Shown: piece by piece, positions 55,414 through 64,000 of the stretch
Layout: the number at the start of each line of letters is the position of its first letter
Position numbering within the stretch: the first letter of the stretch is position 1
DNA from: a candidate division WOR-3 bacterium
GTDB lineage: Bacteria > Hydrothermota > Tepidihabitantia > SM23-42
Direction: 5' to 3'
Assembly: GCA_020349965.1 (NCBI GenBank)
Contig: CP070705.1
Coordinates: forward strand, 759,569-823,568
DNA: 64,000 nt
Translations under genes and position numbers: made by a program
Notes under the pieces: model-generated
Database searches by the model: none
What the model was told of the DNA's origin: nothing
Seen by the model: only the letters and a program-made list of their open reading frames with translations

Positions 55414-56795
55414 CCCGAAATCAATAGACCATCTTTATCGAGAGGCCAGAGGTAAAATGAGCCGGCAATGATGATCGGCAGAGTGTTTATTTTCCTCGTT
55501 CGAAGGAGGTCGAGAGCGTTCCATACCGAATCTGCCAGTGTGATATTTCTCTGATATTTTCGGGCTTGTTGGTACAGTTCCCCGGGTTCTATTGCCCTTG
55601 GGCTATCCGCCTTCACAAGGAGAACTTCCCTCGCCCTCGGGAATATGTTCTTCAGGCAATATCGCTTGTCTTTGTCCCGGTTGCTGCCGAAGATAAGAAA
55701 GAAATCATTGATATTGAAGAGATCGAGGTTGCGCTCGAAAGCTCGGAACGAATCTCCGTTATGACAGCAGTCGAATATGATCAGAGGTCGATCAGATATG
55801 ACTTCAAACCTGCCACGCAGTTGGGTATGTTTAATGCCCAGTGCAATCTTCTGGGGTTTTAGCAAGAAACCCGTGCTTTTCAGTTCGGACAATACTGCCA
55901 GTGCAATAGAAAGATTCTCTATCTGGTGCGCACCGGTTAGGGGTAGATGAGCTTGGATGTCCCCCATCGAACCATCGATGATGAGACTGCTTCCTCTGAT
56001 TGACTGCTCGAGTATCCGGACGGTGCATCGGTCGTCAGCGAAGATTATTTTGCTCCCTTTCTTTGCCGCAATGCGTGCAAGAACACGCTCAACGACGGGT
56101 CTCTGGTGTATGGTGATCAGCGTACCATGCTCGCGTATGATCCCGGCCTTTTCGGTTGTGATCGCGCTGAGCGTGTTGCCCAGTAGGTTGGTGTGGTCGT
56201 AACCGATCCTAGTGATGACTGAAATGAGTGGGTCAGATGCATTCGTAGCGTCCAGGCGTCCTCCTAAGCCGACTTCGAGGAGAGTGAAATCGACGTGTTG
56301 TTCCAGAAAGTATAGAAAGGCTATCGTCGTAAGCGCTTCAAAGAAGCTTCTCGCACCCGTCTTCCTGCGCATTAGTGGCCTTAGCATCGCAGCGTAGCGG
56401 TCCAGGTCCGAGTCACTGATCTCTTTGCCGTTTACCTTGATACGTTCATTCATCCTGGTTAAATGGGGTGATGTGTACATGCCCACGATGTACCCGTTAT
56501 TCATCAAAGATGCTGCCAGGATTGCCGCTGTCGAGCCTTTTCCCTTCGTTCCTCCGATTAGTATTACATTATTTAGTTTCTTTTGGGGTGCTCCGACATG
56601 GCCGAGAAATTTCTTATAGATGTCCAGGTCATAATTGTAGCCGACGGTTCTTTCGTAGTCGACCAGTGAATGGAGAAAATCCTGGTGGCCTGTTTTCAAA
56701 TAGCCTTGGGGCCGAGTGGCTTCAGTTTGAGGGCAATATCGAGGGCCTTTGCAGAATGGGTTAGTGCTCCAATCGAAATATAATCTGCACCGCAC
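55410..56795 (-). CDS. folC: Folylpolyglutamate synthase / dihydrofolate synthase (Mur ligase family)
   Basis: The P-loop 'IGGTKGKGS' and FolC N-terminal and C-terminal Mur-ligase domains are present. The ORF start at 56795 overlaps nadC by ~100 nt. The true start is probably a downstream non-ATG codon near 56700. Confidence 0.8.
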   Translation of the reverse strand: MRCRLYFDWSTNPFCKGPRYCPQTEATRPQGYLKTGHQDFLHSLVDYERTVGYNYDLDIYKKFLGHVGAPQKKLNNVILIGGTKGKGSTAAILAASLMNNGYIVGMYTSPHLTRMNERIKVNGKEISDSDLDRYAAMLRPLMRRKTGARSFFEALTTIAFLYFLEQHVDFTLLEVGLGGRLDATNASDPLISVITRIGYDHTNLLGNTLSAITTEKAGIIREHGTLITIHQRPVVERVLARIAAKKGSKIIFADDRCTVRILEQSIRGSSLIIDGSMGDIQAHLPLTGAHQIENLSIALAVLSELKSTGFLLKPQKIALGIKHTQLRGRFEVISDRPLIIFDCCHNGDSFRAFERNLDLFNINDFFLIFGSNRDKDKRYCLKNIFPRAREVLLVKADSPRAIEPGELYQQARKYQRNITLADSVWNALDLLRTRKINTLPIIIAGSFYLWPLDKDGLLISG

Positions 56796-57589
56796 GAGGC
56801 GAGTTGCGCGATATTTGTCATGTCGACACCACCGCTTATCTCAATTTCGGTTGTGGCAGCTGTTGTGCGAACGAGGTTAACGGCCCGGGTGATCTGATTG
56901 ACATTCATGTTGTCGAGCATTATCCGGTCGACCTCGAGAGCTAATGCCTCTTTGACTTCGGACATGGTCTTGACCTCGACTTCGATGAACTGTTTCCTCC
57001 TCCTCCTGACGCGCTTCACTGCTTCGGTTATGTCGCCCGCGATCTGAATGTGGTTGTCTTTTATCATTATCCTGTCATACAGACCAGAGCGGTGATTGAA
57101 ACCGCCGCCTGTGCGAACCGCATATTTCTCCATTATTCTCAAACCGGGCATTGTCTTCCGTGTGTCGAGGATTCTGATCTTATCACCGGCGACATTCACG
57201 AACTCTCTTGTCCTGGTTGCGATGCCGCTCAGGTGCTGCAGGAAATTCAGTGCAGTCCGCTCGGCCTTTAGACAGGTTGAGGCTTTTCCAATCAGTATGG
57301 CGATCGTATCTCCTCGAGACAATGTACTTCCATCATTCATCTGTTTCTGAAAATCGATCGCCGGATCGAGTTGTTCAAAGACGTTCTGCGCAATATCGAT
57401 ACCGCAGAGTATCCCCTCTTCTTTCGCAAAAATTACGCCCAGCGCACGGTCATTTTCCAACACGATCGCGTCGGTCGTAATGTCACCTCGACCGATGTCT
57501 TCCCTGAGCGCTCTCTTTATGATCGTTAGGAACTTAAGGGTCGCTCTATCTTTTTTTGGATACTTGGTCCTTTTGCTTCTTCCCTTCAT
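56696..57589 (-). CDS. nadC: Nicotinate-nucleotide pyrophosphorylase (carboxylating)
   Basis: 297 aa with the motifs 'ALREDIGRGDITT', 'RKTMPGLR' and 'IMLDNM'. The start may be slightly downstream; the ORF overlaps the uvrB 3' end. Confidence 0.85.
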   Translation of the reverse strand: MKGRSKRTKYPKKDRATLKFLTIIKRALREDIGRGDITTDAIVLENDRALGVIFAKEEGILCGIDIAQNVFEQLDPAIDFQKQMNDGSTLSRGDTIAILIGKASTCLKAERTALNFLQHLSGIATRTREFVNVAGDKIRILDTRKTMPGLRIMEKYAVRTGGGFNHRSGLYDRIMIKDNHIQIAGDITEAVKRVRRRRKQFIEVEVKTMSEVKEALALEVDRIMLDNMNVNQITRAVNLVRTTAATTEIEISGGVDMTNIAQLASCGADYISIGALTHSAKALDIALKLKPLGPKAI

Positions 57590-59576
57590 ATTTCTCCATT
57601 TTGCGCTTTATCGCTTTGATCCTATCCCTTATCTCTGCCGCTTGCTCGAATTCGAGAAGCGCGGCCGCCTCCTCCATTTCCTTGTACAACCGTCCGAGTT
57701 CTTCGATACCATCTCTTTCATTACTATCCTCCCTCATGATGCGGTCGGCCACCGATGTTGCCTTCATAATCTCTTCATGGCTCTTTGTAATGCTCTTCGG
57801 TATGATGCTATGTTCTTCGTTGTACTCGATCTGCTTGTTTCGGCGTCTTTCCATCTCTTTAATTGCATTGCGCATGGAACTTGTGATCTCGTCGGCATAC
57901 ATTATCACCTCACTGCGGACGTTACGCGCGGCTCGACCGGCGGTCTGTATCAGTGACCGTTCGCTCCGCAGAAATCCCTCACGATCGGCATCTAGGATCG
58001 CAACAAGAGCGACTTCTGGCAGATCCAACCCCTCCCTGAGGAGATTGATGCCGACGAGAATGTCAAATTCACCGAGCCTGAGCCCTCTTAGAATATCAAC
58101 ACGTTCAATGGCGTTTATTTCCGAGTGCATATAACGCACGCGTAGGCCCAGTTCATGCAAATATTCGGTAAGATCTTCGGCCATGCGCTTAGTCAGGGTC
58201 GTCACCAGAATTCGTTCTTTGTTGACGATCCGCTTTTGTACCTCATTGAGCAGGTCATCTACCTGATTTTTTGCCGGTTTGACGGTTACCTTGGGGTCGA
58301 CGATCCCTGTGGGCCGGACGATCTGTTCAACAATGCGATGCTGGGATTTTCCCATTTCCCACTCTCCAGGCGTGGCAGAGATGCAAATTGCCTGGTTGAC
58401 CAGTGATTCGAATTCGGCGAATCTCAGCGGTCTGTTCTCAAGTGCCGATGGTAATCGGAAGCCGTGTTCGACCAACGTTGATTTGCGTGAGTGGTCGCCT
58501 TCGTACATGCCATTGATCTGGGGGATCGTAACGTGCGATTCATCGATTATAATAAGGAACTCCCTCGGAAAATAATCGATGAGGCAAAATGGCCTTTCAC
58601 CTGGCTGACGGCCGGAGAGATGCATCGAGTAATTCTCTATGCCCGGGCAATAGCCCATTTCAGTGAGCATTTCGATGTCAAAATTGGTTCGCTGCTCAAG
58701 GCGCTGGGCTTCAAGCAATTTGCCTCTTTCCCTGAAATGACCCACCCTGTTCCGGAGTTCATTTCTGATATTTTCGATCGCGCTTTCGATTCTGGTCTGC
58801 GTCGTTATGAAGTGTCTGGCAGGAAATATCACGATACTGTCAGGCTCTTCCCTGACGTGGCCGGAAACGGGTTCAAATATCTGTATGCGCTCGATCCTGT
58901 CATCGTCAACCTGTATTCTAATGCCGTGTTCCTCGTCCGCAGGATGTATGTCAACCGTATCGCCGCGCACTCTGAAGGTACCTCTCGCAAAATCGATATC
59001 GTTTCTACTGTATTGGATTGAAACGAGAGCATTCAATAATGATTCTCTTTCTCTCTTCATGCCCTTCCGGAGAACAACTACGAGTTCCTTAATTTCGTCT
59101 GGCGAACCGATGTTGTATATGCATGATACGGAAGCCACGATGATGACATCGGGGCGGGTTATGAGGGAGGAGGTTGCACGCAAGCGCAAACGTTCGATCT
59201 CTTCGTTGATCGATGCATCTTTTTCAACATACAAATCGCTTTCAGGAACATATGCTTCTGGTTGGTAATAATCATAGTAGGAGATGAAATACTCCACTGC
59301 ATTGTTGGGGAAGAAGGATTTGAATTCACCGTAGAGCTGCGCTGCCAATGTTTTGTTATGGGATATGATGAGCGTGGGTCGTTGGATTTGTTCGATTACA
59401 TTGGCTATTGTAAATGTCTTGCCTGAACCTGTTACACCGAGCAGCGTTTGATATTTCTCGCCCTGGTTTATCGCCTGGACCAGATTGTTTATTGCCTCTG
59501 GTTGATCACCTTTTGGGGTAAAGGTAGTTACGAGCTTAAATCCCACGTTTGAGGATTCGGTATGACATCGGCTCAA
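57546..59576 (-). CDS. uvrB: Excinuclease ABC subunit B
   Basis: 676 aa. The N-terminus 'FKLVTTFTPKGDQPEAI' and a Walker A motif 'GVTGSGKT' are present. The UVR domain lies at the C-terminus. Confidence 0.95.
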   Translation of the reverse strand: MSRCHTESSNVGFKLVTTFTPKGDQPEAINNLVQAINQGEKYQTLLGVTGSGKTFTIANVIEQIQRPTLIISHNKTLAAQLYGEFKSFFPNNAVEYFISYYDYYQPEAYVPESDLYVEKDASINEEIERLRLRATSSLITRPDVIIVASVSCIYNIGSPDEIKELVVVLRKGMKRERESLLNALVSIQYSRNDIDFARGTFRVRGDTVDIHPADEEHGIRIQVDDDRIERIQIFEPVSGHVREEPDSIVIFPARHFITTQTRIESAIENIRNELRNRVGHFRERGKLLEAQRLEQRTNFDIEMLTEMGYCPGIENYSMHLSGRQPGERPFCLIDYFPREFLIIIDESHVTIPQINGMYEGDHSRKSTLVEHGFRLPSALENRPLRFAEFESLVNQAICISATPGEWEMGKSQHRIVEQIVRPTGIVDPKVTVKPAKNQVDDLLNEVQKRIVNKERILVTTLTKRMAEDLTEYLHELGLRVRYMHSEINAIERVDILRGLRLGEFDILVGINLLREGLDLPEVALVAILDADREGFLRSERSLIQTAGRAARNVRSEVIMYADEITSSMRNAIKEMERRRNKQIEYNEEHSIIPKSITKSHEEIMKATSVADRIMREDSNERDGIEELGRLYKEMEEAAALLEFEQAAEIRDRIKAIKRKMEKYEGKKQKDQVSKKR

Positions 59577-61221
59577 CGGATAATCTGAGGATCTGAGAAT
59601 AGGCAGTGTATTTTTCTCTATTTATGAGATCGACGTATGATCCATCCCAAGCCGGCAGTTCGACGAAGACCTGTGCTGGATTGCAGTTCAATACGACGAT
59701 GATACCTCCACGGTCGTACGCATAGACCTTCTTAATGTCGTCGATATACAGGCTGTAGAAGTGTTGACCCGTTAGTTCAGGGTTTTCCCTGCGTATCCTC
59801 ATTAGATTACGGATTCTGTTCCACAGGGCACGGTCCTGCTGGCCGATATTCCAGGGAAAACTGCCCCAATTAAGGAATGCGCAGTCGCTCATGCCCATCT
59901 CGTCGCCTGAAAGCAGAATCGGTGAACATTGACATGTGAAAATGAATGCATACATCAATTCTAATAGATCATCATCTACTATGCTCCGGATACGCTTTGA
60001 ATAGTCAAACAAGCCAACGAGGTTATTTTGATTACGCTGCTCGGGAACGTAAAAATGCATGTAGTTTATGGTACTATCGAATTCAGCGGTTGTTATTTCG
60101 TTGTTGACGAAATAGTCGATCAAAGTTGATATTAATGCTCTATCAAAGCAACAATCAGATATGCCTTCACGCCGTGAGCGGTAATCACTGGTGATCAGCA
60201 AGAGGTTTGGATACCTGACCTTCATGTAGTTGTGTAACCTCACCATGAAGTCATTGTCGATTTCGTCCTGTTCGCCAATATACAAACCGTCGAATCCAAA
60301 GCGTGTCCAATAGTCGATAAAACCGATCAGGTAATTCTGAAGTTGTTGATTGCGAAGGTTCAGTAACGGAAAGCGAAGATCGGAGCGCCAAGTACGGTAG
60401 GTGAAACCACGCTCATCAGGGTCCGTCGATTGGATGCGATACCAGTCAATGAACCGAGAGGCACGCTGCTTGGCGAGAATATCTGTAAACGCCGGGAAAT
60501 CATCGCCGGTGTGTGAAAACACGACACTCAGTACGACCCTCTTTCGTACGGCGTGGATCGCATCCACCAGTCTCCTGAGATCATTTGTGTCCCCAAATGC
60601 TGGATCGATTGTTGCATAGTCACGGGGATTGAACTTATGGTTTGAATTGGCGGTGAAGATAGGCGACAGCATTATAATGTCGGGTCCGAGCGAATCCAGG
60701 TACCCGATCTTCTGAATGATACCTCTAAGATCGCCGCCGTACGGTGTCCAATCCTCAGGTTTTGTGTTCCATTCCTTCTTTTCGACGGGGTCATTCCTCG
60801 TATCACCGTTATTGAATCCATCGACGTTGACGTAGTAGTATGTTTTCCCTGCGGCCCAGGATGGTGTCGTTATGGACTTTGCGGTAGGCCGGAAATTACC
60901 TTCGGCAGGAATGACTAGTGAATCGGCGCCAAGCCTGACGAGAAACCTGTATGACAGCGTAGAATCGAACGCACTCAATCTGACTACATGGTATTCATAT
61001 TCCCTATCACTGTAGCCGAGGTGCATGCCGAAGGATCTCGTTCCAATAACGAGCATTGCCTGCCCAACCGTACCCTTTTTCGTTCTGAGGCGAATGCTTC
61101 CTGCTTGTGGGTTGGCATAGAGTAGGTCTGCGGGATCATGGAATATGTCTTGGGCACTGATTGCGTGTGCGTTTCGTTGCAATGTCAATAATATCAATAT
61201 TCCAGCAAGTGCAAGGCGCAT
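59536..61221 (-). CDS. Secreted GH13 (alpha-amylase family)-like protein
   Basis: 561 aa with a signal peptide. GH13 region I-like motifs are present ('YGGDLRGIIQKIGYLDSLG', 'VVLSVVFSHTG'), and the region II-like motif 'FGFDGLYIGE' is divergent. Confidence 0.6.
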   Translation of the reverse strand: MRLALAGILILLTLQRNAHAISAQDIFHDPADLLYANPQAGSIRLRTKKGTVGQAMLVIGTRSFGMHLGYSDREYEYHVVRLSAFDSTLSYRFLVRLGADSLVIPAEGNFRPTAKSITTPSWAAGKTYYYVNVDGFNNGDTRNDPVEKKEWNTKPEDWTPYGGDLRGIIQKIGYLDSLGPDIIMLSPIFTANSNHKFNPRDYATIDPAFGDTNDLRRLVDAIHAVRKRVVLSVVFSHTGDDFPAFTDILAKQRASRFIDWYRIQSTDPDERGFTYRTWRSDLRFPLLNLRNQQLQNYLIGFIDYWTRFGFDGLYIGEQDEIDNDFMVRLHNYMKVRYPNLLLITSDYRSRREGISDCCFDRALISTLIDYFVNNEITTAEFDSTINYMHFYVPEQRNQNNLVGLFDYSKRIRSIVDDDLLELMYAFIFTCQCSPILLSGDEMGMSDCAFLNWGSFPWNIGQQDRALWNRIRNLMRIRRENPELTGQHFYSLYIDDIKKVYAYDRGGIIVVLNCNPAQVFVELPAWDGSYVDLINREKYTAYSQILRLSVEPMSYRILKRGI

Positions 61222-61272
61222 AATGAAAGTGTATGCGAAATGTGAGTATTTGTCAATAATTGGGCATATATC

Positions 61273-61300
61273 TTGACAGATTTAACATATTAAATATAAT
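61273..61300 (+). promoter_or_regulatory. Consensus σ70 promoter immediately upstream of hslU
   Basis: TTGACA (61273-78), a 16-nt spacer, and TATAAT (61295-61300). The ATG lies at 61309, 8 nt after the -10 element, so a leaderless or near-leaderless mRNA is likely. Confidence 0.6.
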
Positions 61301-61308
61301 AAGAATTG

Positions 61309-62688
61309 ATGGGGGATAAGGCCTCGAAGACAGCAGTAACCAGTGATGCCTTTCCTACTCCCCAAGAAATAGTAGCCCGCCTCGACCGGTACGTCATTGG
61401 TCAATCCGAAGCTAAGAAGGCAGTGGCAATTGCTCTGAGAAATCGATGGCGACGACAGCGGGTCCAAGATAAGCTAAAGGAAGAAATTTATCCCAACAAT
61501 ATCATTCTCATAGGTCCGACAGGAGTGGGAAAGACGGAGATAGCCAGGCGGCTGGCTGGTTTAGCGCGCGCTCCTTTCATGAAGGTGGAGGCGTCGCGTT
61601 TTACAGAAGTCGGCTACGTCGGGCGGGACGTTGAAGCAATGGTCAGGGATCTGGTTGAAATATCAGTGAATATGGTTCGTCAGGAGAAAACGAAGGCGGT
61701 ACAGGAAAAAGCTGAGGTTTATGCTGAGGAGAGGATTCTCGATATTCTTCTTCCTACACCGGTACGGTCTGACAAGGAAGTTTCTGCTTCTGAAGTTTCG
61801 GAGACGGCAGTTCAAACGAGGGAAAAGATGCGTTGGAAACTGCGCCGCGGAGAACTCGACGGACGTGTTGTCGAGCTGGAAGTCTCCAGGCAGGGAGCCA
61901 TGCCGATCGTTGAGATCTTTAGCCAGGGGGGAATAGAGGAGTTGAGCATGGCTCTTGAAGAAGCCTTTGGCGGACGCATGCCAAGGCGGAAAAAGAAGAG
62001 GAAGATGCCGGTCAAGGAGGCGATAAGGTATTTGCAGAGCGAAGAGGCGGAAAAACTCATCGACATGGATGAGGTCGTGAACGAAGCAAGGCAAAGGGCA
62101 GAGAATTCAGGGATTATTTTTGTCGATGAAATAGACAAGGTTGCCGGTGGCGGCGGTTCGAGCGGTCCGGACGTTTCGCGTGAGGGCGTCCAACGTGACC
62201 TGCTGCCGATCGTTGAGGGTTCGAACGTCATGACGAAATACGGCATGATAAAGACCAACCACATACTGTTCATTGCAGCGGGGGCATTTCATAACAAGAA
62301 ACCGTCTGACCTCATACCAGAACTTCAGGGAAGATTTCCGATTCGGGTCGAACTCTCCGCCTTATCCGAAGATGATTTTCGACGTATCCTGGTCGAGCCA
62401 GAGAATTCCTTGATCAAGCAATACGTCGCACTGTTGGCGAGCGATGGTGTTGCGCTGGAGTTCTCCGATGAAGCCATCGTAGCGATTGCGAGAATCGCGG
62501 GAATGGTGAATGAGACGACGGAGAACATTGGTGCGCGACGCTTGCACACGGTTATGACCAAACTCCTGGAGGAATTACTGTTTAATGCGCCTCAGGCTGA
62601 GAAAAAAGTGGTTGTCACAAACAAATATGTCGATGGAAAGTTAGGTGAAATAGTGCGCAACGTAGATGTCTCTCGCTACATATTGTGA
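61309..62688 (+). CDS. hslU: ATP-dependent protease HslVU, ATPase subunit
   Basis: Motifs include '[33 protein letters not shown]', the Walker A motif '[15 protein letters not shown]', and 'IIFVDEIDK'. The ORF track begins at a TTG at 61306. Confidence 0.9.
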   Translation: MGDKASKTAVTSDAFPTPQEIVARLDRYVIGQSEAKKAVAIALRNRWRRQRVQDKLKEEIYPNNIILIGPTGVGKTEIARRLAGLARAPFMKVEASRFTEVGYVGRDVEAMVRDLVEISVNMVRQEKTKAVQEKAEVYAEERILDILLPTPVRSDKEVSASEVSETAVQTREKMRWKLRRGELDGRVVELEVSRQGAMPIVEIFSQGGIEELSMALEEAFGGRMPRRKKKRKMPVKEAIRYLQSEEAEKLIDMDEVVNEARQRAENSGIIFVDEIDKVAGGGGSSGPDVSREGVQRDLLPIVEGSNVMTKYGMIKTNHILFIAAGAFHNKKPSDLIPELQGRFPIRVELSALSEDDFRRILVEPENSLIKQYVALLASDGVALEFSDEAIVAIARIAGMVNETTENIGARRLHTVMTKLLEELLFNAPQAEKKVVVTNKYVDGKLGEIVRNVDVSRYIL

Positions 62689-62702
62689 GAGCATAGAATG
62701 AA

Positions 62703-63098
62703 ATGGAATTCAAGAGATACTTGCTGGTCTTGACGAGCGAGACCGATCAAGCGATTTTGTCGACAGCCGTTCAGTTATGCAAGAATTCGCGCGCGAAATT
62801 ATACGTGATGTTCGTTATCGAACCCAACCGAGTATCGCGGTTGGCGAGTCTTACCCATCAAAAGGTTAAGGCGATTTATGATAAGACAGAAGAGAACGGG
62901 TGGCAGTTGCTATACCTTGTGGAGGATGAGGCGGTCGAAAATGGCATCTGGACTTCCTTGCACCTCGAAGAAGGTAATTTGCTGGAACTGACCAAACGCT
63001 ATGCTGAGACGTATCAAATCGATGCGCTCGTGATCAGGAAGAAAGACGAGGCTAAGAACGTTTTCGTTTCTTCTTCGGTCCCTGTCATCGGCCTATGA
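62703..63098 (+). CDS. Universal-stress-protein (UspA)-like domain protein
   Basis: 131 aa with a Usp-like α/β fold pattern. The C-terminus reads 'ALVIRKKDEA…SSSVPVIGL'. Confidence 0.5.
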   Translation: MEFKRYLLVLTSETDQAILSTAVQLCKNSRAKLYVMFVIEPNRVSRLASLTHQKVKAIYDKTEENGWQLLYLVEDEAVENGIWTSLHLEEGNLLELTKRYAETYQIDALVIRKKDEAKNVFVSSSVPVIGL

Positions 63099-63171
63099 GT
63101 AGCTTCTTCTCGTATCTGGATCTGTTCTCACTGTGTTGTACGAACATGGTTGGACAATGGGAGGTTTGATG

Positions 63172-63630
63172 CAACTGAAAATCTCTGAGTATCTTAAACC
63201 AGAGGCTATAATAATGGAAATAAAGGCAAAGGAAAAAATTGCCGCGATCAATGAAATCGTGGAACACATGGTGGAACACAAATTGGTCAGTGATGGAAAA
63301 GAATTCATCAAGGCCCTGGCGAAAAGAGAGAACCTTGAGTCTACCGGGATAGGTGACGGGATCGCGATCCCCCACGCCCGCACGAATGCGGTTGGAGACC
63401 TCATCCTGGCCTTTGCCCACTCTCCTCAGGGAATAGATTTTTCATCAATAGACGGAAAACCGTCGCATATAATCTTTCTTATCGCATCGCCCGAGAATCA
63501 GAAATCCGAATATATAATGGCCCTGGCCAAACTATCCAAATTGCTTCGCAAGCATCCGGTGAGGGAGATGTTGAGAAATGCAAAGGATCCAGAAGAGATC
63601 CTCCAGATCGTCAGGGCTAACGAGGAGTAG
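63172..63630 (+). CDS. PTS EIIA (type 2, PtsN/EIIA-Ntr-like) protein
   Basis: The ORF spans 63133..63630, and I prefer the start at 'MQLKISEYL' (63172). The phospho-His motif 'GIGDGIAIPHAR' is present. Confidence 0.75.
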   Translation, partial: QLKISEYLKPEAIIMEIKAKEKIAAINEIVEHMVEHKLVSDGKEFIKALAKRENLESTGIGDGIAIPHARTNAVGDLILAFAHSPQGIDFSSIDGKPSHIIFLIASPENQKSEYIMALAKLSKLLRKHPVREMLRNAKDPEEILQIVRANEE

Positions 63631-63633
63631 GCT

Positions 63634-64000
63634 TTGCTGGCGAGATTCCTTGTGTTCATTTGTTTGCTCGGTAATCTCTATGGGGATAAGTTACTGATCC
63701 CGATGGACATATCACAAACAGATCACCTGAAAGCTTACGGTATAGCCTTTCGCGCCGTGAGTACAGGTAACAATGTAGAATGGTTGCTTAATTTTCGTGG
63801 TGGCTCGTTTCTCATGGACTACGGGGCAGCAGTGGAAAAGGATTGCGCGATGAACGGTGTACGATGGGAACTGATTTCAGTATCCGATGTTCTATCGATC
63901 TATCAGACCATCGAAGAAAACAATATGGAAACAATACTGCTTGAGAAGGCACCGAGAATCGCCGTGTACATACCGGAGAATTTTGAACCATGGGATGATG
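63634..64000 (+). CDS. Hypothetical secreted protein (5' portion; continues past the window end)
   Basis: The frame opens at a TTG at 63634 and stays open to 64000. The translation 'LLARFLVFICLLGNLYG…' looks like a signal peptide. There is no ATG-start ORF in the track because the gene is incomplete. Confidence 0.35.
   Translation, partial: MLARFLVFICLLGNLYGDKLLIPMDISQTDHLKAYGIAFRAVSTGNNVEWLLNFRGGSFLMDYGAAVEKDCAMNGVRWELISVSDVLSIYQTIEENNMETILLEKAPRIAVYIPENFEPWDD

Noticed and set aside
1-64000. CRISPR arrays, tRNA/rRNA genes, IS elements or integrases
   Set aside because: I scanned intergenic regions and saw no regularly spaced direct repeats, no tRNA-like T-loop/acceptor patterns and no transposase or integrase-like ORFs. 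The window appears to be core chromosome plus accessory signalling genes.

Overview
This 64 kb window looks like a bacterial chromosomal segment at about 50% GC with tightly packed genes. Secreted proteins carry T9SS-type C-terminal sorting domains, and GWxTD-domain proteins and a spirochaete-like long GreA are present; these features suggest an FCB-superphylum-like or candidate-phylum organism. That phylum guess is inference only. I found no rRNA, tRNA, CRISPR array or obvious mobile element. Housekeeping genes include fusA (5' partial), gyrA, lon, uvrB, hslU, rlmN, folC, nadC, fabG-acpP-fabF, coaE and an rrf2-nifS-nifU Fe-S assembly set. Four regions stand out. (1) A five-gene minus-strand operon fuses a NuoE/NuoF/NuoG-like NADH-flavoprotein module to NfnA/NfnB, suggesting an unusual electron-bifurcating transhydrogenase. 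(2) Two adjacent class III nucleotidyl-cyclase genes each begin with a zinc ribbon. One is fused to a STAND NTPase plus TPR array. Their catalytic motifs are degenerate in complementary ways, which suggests a two-gene heterodimeric cyclase. They are followed by a large HEAT-repeat protein, Hsp20 and Lon. This is the best candidate for an undescribed signalling or defence system. (3) A cluster of a LeuC-like large subunit, a mitochondrial-type citrate synthase, a LeuD-like small subunit and an isocitrate dehydrogenase looks like an oxidative TCA branch built on a LeuCD-family aconitase. (4) An ECF sigma/anti-sigma pair sits upstream of a TolC–CusB–CusA metal-efflux operon whose leader carries a σE-type promoter. 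Several consensus σ70 promoters are visible; two abut their start codons and may give leaderless transcripts. The large cyclase protein is called a LuxR-family/MalT-like cyclase regulator in the feature list, but no HTH domain is visible at its C-terminus.
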